A DNA stretch of 19,073 nt from Candidatus Hadarchaeota archaeon (GTDB taxonomy: Archaea > CAYQAE01 > CAYVLA01), in NCBI GenBank assembly GCA_964452145.1, contig CAYVLA010000013.1, positions 27,733 to 46,805 of the forward strand. The letters run 5' to 3'. The notes under the pieces were generated by a model. The model was not told the origin of the DNA. It did not search any database and worked only from the letters and a program-made list of their open reading frames with translations. Position numbers and translations under genes: made by a program. Of the stretch, positions 1 to 6,461 are shown piece by piece (position 1 is the stretch's first letter; every line of letters starts with the position of its first letter).

Positions 1-19
1 CCTTAAGAATGGCCCTGCG

Positions 20-33
20 GTACGTATTTAGCT
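20..33 (+). repeat. Left terminal inverted repeat (IRL)
   Basis: GTACGTATTTAGCT, the exact reverse complement of 2002-2015. Confidence 0.93.
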
Positions 34-117
34 GTGCCGGGGTTTCGATCACGCACGCAGGCTTGAATCCGGATGGGGGAGATTGAGCTTGGGCATTGGA
101 CCTTGTACCTGCACCTA

Positions 118-159
118 GGACGGGATCGGAACGGGAACCGGAACCGAACCCGAACCGAA
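118..159. repeat. Degenerate ~6-bp tandem repeat (GAACCG-like) in the IS left end
   Basis: ggacgg gatcgg aacggg aaccgg aaccga acccga accgaa, directly upstream of the TATA box. Confidence 0.7.
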
Positions 160-171
160 AGACTTTTATAT
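157..171 (+). promoter_or_regulatory. Archaeal BRE/TATA promoter for the IS genes
   Basis: Purine-rich GAAAGA (157-162), then TTTTATAT (164-171), about 24 nt before ATG 195. This is leaderless-transcript geometry. Confidence 0.7.
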
Positions 172-174
172 CTG

Positions 175-195
175 TATTGCAATAATATTGCAATA
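175..195. promoter_or_regulatory. Tandem palindromic operator-like site (TATTGCAATA)-A-(TATTGCAATA)
   Basis: Two identical self-complementary 10-mers (175-184, 186-195) with an 11-bp period, between the TATA box and the start codon. Confidence 0.65.
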
Positions 196-371
196 TGGAT
201 GAGAGAAAGTCCCGCAACAACGGATCCCTCGCCAACAAACCAGCAGAGATCAAAATGCTCGGCTACGAGATCGTCGAAAAAACAGCCATGCCCTGCGCAA
301 CATCAGGAAGAATCATAGTCCCAAAACACTGGGTCGGGAAACGCGTCAGAGCTGTTAGACTTGACCCCTGA
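195..371 (+). CDS. DUF2080-family transposon-associated small protein (58 aa, AbrB-like); not in the ORF track
   Basis: Hand translation: MDERKSRNNGSLANKPAEIKMLGYEIVEKTAMPCATSGRIIVPKHWVGKRVRAVRLDP*. The GYE-x-EK...SGR-x-VPKxWVGKRV-x-R pattern resembles DUF2080. It lies inside the IS behind a TATA box. Confidence 0.85.
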   Translation: MDERKSRNNGSLANKPAEIKMLGYEIVEKTAMPCATSGRIIVPKHWVGKRVRAVRLDP

Positions 372-2007
372 GGCCCTCAACACAACCCATACAGCCTATG
401 CAACCTTTCAAGCAAGCACAGCGCAAACAATCGACCCGGTTCCGGTCAACCAGATCGACCAGATCGACCAGATGCCCAGCCACCAGATCCCCGGCCTCTG
501 CCAGAACTGTCCCATCTGGAACCTGAACCAGAGCCTGACGGAGGAGAACAAAAACCTGAGACAACGGATCACCCGGCTTGAAGCACACAACAAGACCCTC
601 ACACAACGCCTGGCCCGTTACGAAAACATCCACAGACCCAAGCCGCTTAAGAGGCTTCGCAGACGCAGCCAGACAACCACCACACGCTTCCCAGGCAGGC
701 CCAAGGGATACCCTGGAACAACCCGCCCCATGCCAGAGCCCCAGATCGTTGTGGAGGCCGACGCACTGGCACAGTGCCCGGAGTGCGGGATGGGCCTTGA
801 CCAACCCATCTACACCAGGCACAGAGTCGTAGAAGAGCTACCCGGCATACAGCCTGTAGTGGTTGTGGACTATCACGAGGACCACTACCTATGCACAGGA
901 TGCAGCTGCAAGATCGTTTCAAGACACCCTGACTGCCCACCAAAAGGCAGGCTTGGAAAGAAGGTCTACGTACAGACAACGCTTCTGAAGTTCGAGGAAA
1001 GACTTCCAATGGAAAGAATCGGCAGGGTGCTCGCAAGACAGGGACTGGACATAACCGATGCAACCGTGTTTGAGCTCTTGAACAGGGTGAGCACATGGCT
1101 TGGACGCGACTACGAAAAGTTGCTTGCCTTGGTGAGGCTTGCAGGCGTTGTCTACACCGACCAGACCGGGATAAAGGTTGACGGGAAACAGTACTACATC
1201 TGGGACTTTGCAACCGACACGGAGACCGTCTACGTGATAAGGCCCACCAAGGGCAAGATAGTCCTAGACGAGGTACTGGGCAAGGATTGGCCAGGTCTGC
1301 TGGTCTGCGACGGGTCAAGGAGCCATCACAGCTTCACCCACAACATCCATCGATGCTGGGCTCACATACTGACAGAGATCGACCAGATCACCCAACATCT
1401 TCTGGAGACTGCACAAGGCGCACACGAGATACAAGGCACAAAAACTGGGGATGCTGGGGATGCCGGGGAGACTGGGAAGGGTCAAAATCAAGAGAAGAGG
1501 GAATGGAAGGACAGGTACAAGCGCGGGAAGAGGTACAGACGGTACATGGAGGCTGAGGCTTTGAGGAAGGGTCTCCACAGGATCTACAACACGCTCAAGG
1601 AAGCCCTACAGACCGATCCTCCCCCAAAGGAAAGGGGTAGGCTTGTAAGGTATGGGAGAAGGGCTTTGCGGTACTGGCTCAGGAAGGATTACCGGTCTGC
1701 AAGGGTTAGAAGGTTCGTCAAGAAGGTCAGGGCTGCTTATCCCTACTTGTTCACCGCTGTCAAGCATCCCGGTGTAGAGTTGACAAACAATCGTTCAGAG
1801 CGGGCTTTGAGGGCGCTTGTCGTGCAGCGGAAGATCATAGGGACTCTTAGAAACGGGAAGGGTGTACGGATGTATGAGAGGCTTCCAAGCCTCCTTGCCA
1901 CCTGGGAGCAGAGAGGCCTGGATCTGTCACAGACATTATCAGAAGCCCTTAGCCAGAGCTGGAAAGAAACCTGTCCACAAAACCAGACCAAACAACCCGC
2001 GAGCTAA
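361..2007 (+). CDS. IS66-family DDE transposase (TnpC-like); true start uncertain (TTG 361, ATG 472, or frameshift fusion)
   Basis: N-terminal coiled coil (LTEENKNLRQRITRLE), GRPKGYPG, Zn finger CPECG...CTGC, and catalytic-region motifs YTDQTG, LVCDG, RCWAHIL and TNNRSERALR. Confidence 0.93.
   Translation: MTPEALNTTHTAYATFQASTAQTIDPVPVNQIDQIDQMPSHQIPGLCQNCPIWNLNQSLTEENKNLRQRITRLEAHNKTLTQRLARYENIHRPKPLKRLRRRSQTTTTRFPGRPKGYPGTTRPMPEPQIVVEADALAQCPECGMGLDQPIYTRHRVVEELPGIQPVVVVDYHEDHYLCTGCSCKIVSRHPDCPPKGRLGKKVYVQTTLLKFEERLPMERIGRVLARQGLDITDATVFELLNRVSTWLGRDYEKLLALVRLAGVVYTDQTGIKVDGKQYYIWDFATDTETVYVIRPTKGKIVLDEVLGKDWPGLLVCDGSRSHHSFTHNIHRCWAHILTEIDQITQHLLETAQGAHEIQGTKTGDAGDAGETGKGQNQEKREWKDRYKRGKRYRRYMEAEALRKGLHRIYNTLKEALQTDPPPKERGRLVRYGRRALRYWLRKDYRSARVRRFVKKVRAAYPYLFTAVKHPGVELTNNRSERALRALVVQRKIIGTLRNGKGVRMYERLPSLLATWEQRGLDLSQTLSEALSQSWKETCPQNQTKQPAS
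450..473 (+). repeat. In-frame 9-bp tandem repeat (CCAGATCGA x2 plus a partial copy; QID-QID-QM)
   Basis: ccagatcga ccagatcga ccagat. Confidence 0.75.
1444..1479 (+). repeat. In-frame imperfect 9-bp tandem repeat x4 (TGD-AGD-AGE-TGK)
   Basis: actggggat gctggggat gccggggag actgggaag. Confidence 0.75.
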
Positions 2008-2015
2008 ATACGTAC
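2002..2015 (-). repeat. Right terminal inverted repeat (IRR)
   Basis: AGCTAAATACGTAC; contains the transposase TAA (2005-2007). Confidence 0.93.
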
Positions 2016-2767
2016 TAATCGGCGGCGCCGGGCGGTAGGGATCGCCCCATCACCAGATAGCCTGAATGAACGGTCTGGGTTGTCTTCGGCCGGGTTCCGG
2101 CATCCAGGACCTCGAACTCTCGTCTGGGCACCTCGACCATCCGGATCTCCATGGCTCCCGAATCCCGGAGGTTTCTGACGCACTCTGATCCTTCTTCGAC
2201 GAAGGGGGTGTATATCGCAATCGACCCGCCCGGAACAAGCGAGGCCAAAGCCACCGCGATGTACTTGGATGGATGGGCCAGGTCCAGGAAGAACAGATCG
2301 GCTCTCAGAGACTCCGGCCTGTTACGAACATCGTCGTTCATCAAATCGATGTTGCGGCAGCCGAATCCCTCCACATTGTCGAGCGCGACGCGATGCAGAT
2401 CGTCCCGGATCTCGAAGCTGACGACCCGACCATTCGGCGACACTGCTTGGGCGAAGTAAAGGGCGCAAGCCCCGTTGCCCGTGCCTGCCTCAACGACCGT
2501 ATGGCCATCGCGAAGACCGGACACGGCGATGACGTAGCCGATATCCTCATAGTGCGGAATCGAGGTAACGCGACGCATCTTCTCAACATAGTCCCTTATG
2601 GTGGGTCGGATCAACAACCCAAGGGCTCCAAGGTGGCTACGGACAGAAGTACCCGGGGCAACAGCGGCCGGTATGTCGAAGATGCCCAGATCGGTTTCCA
2701 GTTTGCTTCCTGGTTCGACTAGATGCTTCGTGTTCCTCTCATCGATGAGAAGGAGCTTAGGACCCAT
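2015..2767 (-). CDS. trmI: tRNA (adenine-N1)-methyltransferase, TrmI/Gcd14 family (250 aa)
   Basis: Start moved to ATG 2767 (MGPKLLLID). SAM motif [10 protein letters not shown], plus VVSFEIR, FFLDL, YTPFVE and C-terminal TRP...VHSGYL. The longer track ORF would overlap satP. Confidence 0.88.
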   Translation of the reverse strand: MGPKLLLIDERNTKHLVEPGSKLETDLGIFDIPAAVAPGTSVRSHLGALGLLIRPTIRDYVEKMRRVTSIPHYEDIGYVIAVSGLRDGHTVVEAGTGNGACALYFAQAVSPNGRVVSFEIRDDLHRVALDNVEGFGCRNIDLMNDDVRNRPESLRADLFFLDLAHPSKYIAVALASLVPGGSIAIYTPFVEEGSECVRNLRDSGAMEIRMVEVPRREFEVLDAGTRPKTTQTVHSGYLVMGRSLPPGAAD

Positions 2768-2788
2768 GCCGCCCTCTCCATGGAAGCT

Positions 2789-2804
2789 GAAAACGTTTAT
2801 TAAT
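2789..2804. promoter_or_regulatory. AT-rich core of the divergent trmI/satP promoter region
   Basis: GAAAACG-TTTATTAAT is the only AT-rich patch in a 70-bp intergenic region, about 29 nt from the trmI ATG and about 35 nt from the satP ATG. Confidence 0.6.
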
Positions 2805-2837
2805 CGCCCTCTGTGCGGGGGGTCCAGAGGCGACCAG

Positions 2838-3386
2838 ATGGCTGACCCAGCCAACCCCGCACCGCTTGGACTCATGGGATTCGGCATGACCACCGTTCTG
2901 CTCAACCTGCACAACGCAGGCCTATTCCCCCTGAGTAGTATGATCCTCGCCATGGGCGTCTTCTACGGCGGCTTGGCGCAGGTCATCGCGGGTGTTATGG
3001 ACTACAGGAATGGCAACACATTCGGCACCACGGCCTTCACCAGCTACGGCCTCTTCTGGCTTTCCCTAGTCGGCCTCTTGGTATTCCCCAAGCTGGGGTG
3101 GGCAGAGGCACCCGACCCTGCCGCAATGGCCGCTTACCTTGCCATGTGGGGCCTGTTTACTGGTTGGATGTTCATAGGTACGCTCAAGCTGAGCCGCGGT
3201 CTGCAGATGATATTCTTCACCCTGACCGTGTTGTTCTTCCTGTTGGCCATCGGCGAATTCGTTGAGTCCACCGCCTTTCACACCATAGCGGGCGTTGAGG
3301 GCATACTGTGCGGCTTCACGGCGATATACGTCGCCATCGGTATCGTCTGGAACCAGCTGTACGGACGCACTGTGCTTCCGATCTGA
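2838..3386 (+). CDS. satP: Acetate uptake transporter, SatP/GPR1/FUN34/YaaH family (182 aa)
   Basis: Start at ATG 2838. Signature [21 protein letters not shown] and [16 protein letters not shown]; about 6 hydrophobic helices; lies directly upstream of acs. Confidence 0.95.
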   Translation: MADPANPAPLGLMGFGMTTVLLNLHNAGLFPLSSMILAMGVFYGGLAQVIAGVMDYRNGNTFGTTAFTSYGLFWLSLVGLLVFPKLGWAEAPDPAAMAAYLAMWGLFTGWMFIGTLKLSRGLQMIFFTLTVLFFLLAIGEFVESTAFHTIAGVEGILCGFTAIYVAIGIVWNQLYGRTVLPI

Positions 3387-3406
3387 TAAAGCGTTGGGTG
3401 ATGCAA

Positions 3407-5374
3407 ATGGCAGCTACTATCGAATCCCTGATGCAGGAGAAGAGGGTCTTCAAGCCCTCCAAGGAAGTAGTGGAAAGGAGCAACATCGTAGCCTTCATGA
3501 AGAAGCACGGCATCAAAACCGTCGAGGAGCTATACGAGAGGGCAAAGGATCAGGAATGGTTCTGGGGCGAGCTTGCCACCGAACACGAGTGGTTCAAGAA
3601 GTGGGACAAGGTCGTTGCGGGCAAGGCTCCCTACTACAGGTGGTTCGAAGGGGGCAAAACCAACATAGCGTACAATGCCCTTGATAGACACATCAAGAAT
3701 GGCAGGGCCGCCAAGGTGGCGTACATCTGGGAAGGAGAGCTTGGCACGGTGAGGAAGGTCACCTACGGGCAGATGTACAAGGAGGTCAACCGGATAGCCA
3801 ACGCGCTGAAGAGGCTGGGGATAAAGAGGGGCGATGGGATCAGCATCTACCTCCCCATGATCCCCGAGCTTCCCATCGCCATGCTGGCCTGCGCCAGGAT
3901 AGGCGCTGTGCATTCCGTGGTCTTCTCGGGCTTCAGCTCCAAGGCCCTTGAGGAGCGGCTCGTCGATGCCGGGTCGGTCGCCCTCATCACTTCCGATGGC
4001 TACTACCGAAAGGGCGAGCCCCTGGATCTGAAGGCCCAGGCGGACAAGGCGTCGGAGACCGCTCCCACCGTGAAGCACATCGTCGTCGTCAGGCGGCTCG
4101 GGGACATCCTCAAAGTCAACATGGTCAAGGGCAGGGACCACTGGTGGGACGAGCTTGTCAAGGCTGAGTCCGATGAATGTGATAGCGAGGTCATGGATTC
4201 GAGCGATCTTCTGTTCATGATGTACACCTCGGGAACCACCGGGAAACCCAAGGGAGTCATGCACGTCCACGGCGGCTACCAGGTCGCTGCATCCCAGACG
4301 CTTCGATTCGTCTTCGACCTGAAGGAGGACGATGTCTACTGGTGTGCGGCCGATATCGGTTGGATAACCGGCCATACCTACATAGTCTACGGGCCGCTTC
4401 TCCTAGGAGCGACCTCGGTGCTTTACGAGGGTGCGCCCGTGTACCCCCAGCCGGACAGGTTCTGGGAGATCGTGGAGAAGTACAAGGTCAGCGTCTTCTA
4501 CACCTCGCCAACGGCCATCAGGCTGTTCATGCGCTACGGCAAGGAGTGGCCTGCGAAGCATAACCTGGGTTCTCTGCGCATGTTGGGAACGGTCGGGGAG
4601 CCCATAAACCCGGAAGCATGGATGTGGTACTATGAGGTCATCGGGCAGAACAAATGCCCCATCATGGACACCTGGTGGCAGACCGAGACCGGCCAGTTCA
4701 TCATAACGCCTTTGCCCGTCACGCCCTTGAAGCCGGGCTCGGCAACGTTTCCCTTCCCGAGCCTCGGCGCAGCGGTCTATGATGACAAGGGCTCCCCCGT
4801 CACGGGAAGGGGAGGAAACCTGGTCCTCACTACGCCGTGGCCCGGAATGCTGGTGGGCCTGTACAGGCAGAAGGAGCGGTACGAAACGTCCTACTGGTCG
4901 AGGTTCAAGGGGGTGTACCTGGCCGGGGACGTGTCCAGGATCGACGAGGACGGCTACTTCTGGATCCAGGGCAGGTCGGACGATGTGCTCAAGGTGGCCG
5001 GCCACAGGATCGGGACGGCAGAGGTCGAATCGGCCCTCGTGTCCCATCCGAAGGTTGCGGAGGCTGCCGTTGTGGGGAAGCCCGACCCGGTCAAGGGATC
5101 GTCCATCATGGCCTTTGTCATCCTTGTCGCTGGGAGCGAGCCGAGCGATTCCCTTAAGCAGGAGCTGATCAAGCACGTCTCCAAGGAGATCAGCCCCATT
5201 GCCAGGCCCGATCACCTCATCTTCGTTCCCGATCTGCCCAAGACCAGAAGCGGCAAGATAATGAGGAGGGTAATGGCTGCGCTTGTCAAGGGCGAGCCCG
5301 CCGGAGACATAACGACGTTGGCCAACCCAGAGGTTGTAAGCGAGGTCAAGCATCTCATAGAAGAGGCAGGGTAG
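3407..5374 (+). CDS. acs: Acetyl-CoA synthetase (AMP-forming), ~655 aa
   Basis: YTSGTTGKPKG, ADIGWITGH, GTVGEPINP, DTWWQTETG, GRSDDVLKVAGHRIG and PKTRSGKIMRR. SD-like GGGTGA precedes ATG 3407 (ATG 3401 is an alternative). Confidence 0.96.
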   Translation: MAATIESLMQEKRVFKPSKEVVERSNIVAFMKKHGIKTVEELYERAKDQEWFWGELATEHEWFKKWDKVVAGKAPYYRWFEGGKTNIAYNALDRHIKNGRAAKVAYIWEGELGTVRKVTYGQMYKEVNRIANALKRLGIKRGDGISIYLPMIPELPIAMLACARIGAVHSVVFSGFSSKALEERLVDAGSVALITSDGYYRKGEPLDLKAQADKASETAPTVKHIVVVRRLGDILKVNMVKGRDHWWDELVKAESDECDSEVMDSSDLLFMMYTSGTTGKPKGVMHVHGGYQVAASQTLRFVFDLKEDDVYWCAADIGWITGHTYIVYGPLLLGATSVLYEGAPVYPQPDRFWEIVEKYKVSVFYTSPTAIRLFMRYGKEWPAKHNLGSLRMLGTVGEPINPEAWMWYYEVIGQNKCPIMDTWWQTETGQFIITPLPVTPLKPGSATFPFPSLGAAVYDDKGSPVTGRGGNLVLTTPWPGMLVGLYRQKERYETSYWSRFKGVYLAGDVSRIDEDGYFWIQGRSDDVLKVAGHRIGTAEVESALVSHPKVAEAAVVGKPDPVKGSSIMAFVILVAGSEPSDSLKQELIKHVSKEISPIARPDHLIFVPDLPKTRSGKIMRRVMAALVKGEPAGDITTLANPEVVSEVKHLIEEAG

Positions 5375-5451
5375 TACCTGCCCGGACAGGCGACCGCTCA
5401 AGGCGGCCCCGCCTCGATCTCTCGCCCCCTGAGCCCGAACACGATCATAGA

Positions 5452-5480
5452 CCGAACTATTTAATAGGTCGGCTTTTTAA
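5452..5480. promoter_or_regulatory. Imperfect 21-bp palindrome plus T-tract: acs terminator and/or secF-operon promoter
   Basis: CCGA-a-CTATT-t-AATAG-g-TCGG (5452-5472) followed by cTTTTTAA. Contains TATA-like TATTTAATA and TTTTTAAG. Confidence 0.5.
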
Positions 5481-5561
5481 GCGCGGCCGAATAGTGCCTA
5501 GGGAAGACTAGCGATCCTGAGCGACGCAGTCGACTGCCTCATGATGACAGGCGGTGAGCCT

Positions 5562-6461
5562 TTGTCCCAACGAACCACAGAAGAATTCACCTTTCCCTCC
5601 TTTCTAGATGTCACCAAGCTTTCCTGGAAGCAGATGCTGTCCATTCCTCTGATCTTTCTGGTCGTGAACGTGTCCATCTTCCTCTGGTTCAAGGAGACGA
5701 CTGGCGACTGGGTTAGATACGGCATCGACTTCACCGGCGGATCCCTCATAAGCATTCCCAGCAGCTACGAGCTGGAACCAGAGCAGATCCAGGCCGAGCT
5801 GAAGGCGGAGTTCGGCCTAGCTGAACTCTCCGTCAGGAAGGGAGGAGGGGTACTCAACATCGAAACCCAGACGATGGCCGACGAGATACTGGCCTACATG
5901 GAGGAAAAGTACGGGAAGACCGGCACGAAGACGACTTTGGAGGTTCCGCTGGCCCAGACCTTCAGGAAGCAGGCTCCGATGGTTTTGGTCGTTGCCTTCG
6001 CCGGGATGGCAATCATCATCTACATCGTCTTCAGGTCCCCCTTGCCCTCGATTGCCGTGATGCTCTCTGCGATACTGGACATCGTTGAAGCCATGAGTCT
6101 GATGACCCTCACCGGTGTGCGCCTTTCGCTGGCCACCGTGGCTGCCCTGCTCATGCTCATCGGCTACGCGGTCGACAGCAACATCCTTCTTACGACCCGG
6201 CTTCTGAAGAGGGCGGAAGACCTGCGTTACCGTCTGCTCAGTGCCATGAAGACCGGGCTGACGATGACGAGCACTACCCTGTGCGCGTTGATAGGGCTCT
6301 ACCTGTTTCCGACCTCCGACATAGTCAACGATATCGCCCTGGTTCTGATATTCGGACTCTGCGCCGATGTCCTCAACACCTGGTTCTTCAATGCGGGCAT
6401 ACTCAGGCTATACTTGGAGAGGAAGTTCAGACTGCTGCACAGACGGGGGAGGATGGGATGA
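5562..6461 (+). CDS. secF: Protein translocase subunit SecF
   Basis: YGIDFTGGS, VAALLMLIGYAVDSNILLTTRLL and TGLTMTSTT; 6 TM segments. The start is probably TTG 5562 after SD GGCGGTGA (ATG 5541/5544 are alternatives). Confidence 0.93.
   Translation: MSQRTTEEFTFPSFLDVTKLSWKQMLSIPLIFLVVNVSIFLWFKETTGDWVRYGIDFTGGSLISIPSSYELEPEQIQAELKAEFGLAELSVRKGGGVLNIETQTMADEILAYMEEKYGKTGTKTTLEVPLAQTFRKQAPMVLVVAFAGMAIIIYIVFRSPLPSIAVMLSAILDIVEAMSLMTLTGVRLSLATVAALLMLIGYAVDSNILLTTRLLKRAEDLRYRLLSAMKTGLTMTSTTLCALIGLYLFPTSDIVNDIALVLIFGLCADVLNTWFFNAGILRLYLERKFRLLHRRGRMG

Larger units (their letters stand above)
20..2015 (+). mobile_element. IS66-family insertion sequence (ISBst12-like, no tnpA/tnpB accessory genes), 1996 bp
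   Basis: Perfect 14-bp terminal inverted repeats GTACGTATTTAGCT (20-33) and AGCTAAATACGTAC (2002-2015), starting with GTA as in IS66. They enclose an IS66-type transposase whose stop codon lies inside the right IR. Confidence 0.92.

Noticed and set aside
118..195. Repeats considered as a mini-CRISPR or iteron array
   Set aside because: The units are 6-10 bp with no unique spacers, and there are no cas or rep genes.
73..318. 81-aa ORF in the track
   Set aside because: It runs through the 6-bp repeats, TATA box and palindromes, and overlaps the better-supported DUF2080-like ORF in another frame. No recognisable motif.
1150..1175. DQT instead of DET at the first catalytic motif, as a sign of an inactive transposase
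   Set aside because: The catalytic Asp is retained, as are the second Asp and the Glu, and the frame and IRs are intact. Inactivity cannot be inferred.
355..1991. Antisense and alternate-frame ORFs inside the transposase (355-822, 647-1318, 1287-1556 and others)
   Set aside because: Shadow ORFs with no motifs; none resembles IS66 TnpA or TnpB.
2598..2953. Long overlapping N-terminal extensions of trmI (to 2953) and satP (from 2598)
   Set aside because: Family similarity begins at ATG 2767 and ATG 2838, leaving a normal divergent intergenic region.
3308..3406. N-terminal extension of acs; likewise the track starts for secD (6281), atpK (9349) and atpC (12769)
   Set aside because: These overlap upstream genes or SD motifs. 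The downstream starts have SD sequences or stop/start overlaps.
3530..5401. Long antisense ORFs opposite acs (281 and 332 aa)
   Set aside because: Expected stop-poor mirror frames of GC-rich coding DNA; no protein motifs.
5375..5561. Possible tRNA or known ncRNA in the largest intergenic region
   Set aside because: No cloverleaf, T-loop GTTCRA or clear C/D box pair is visible.
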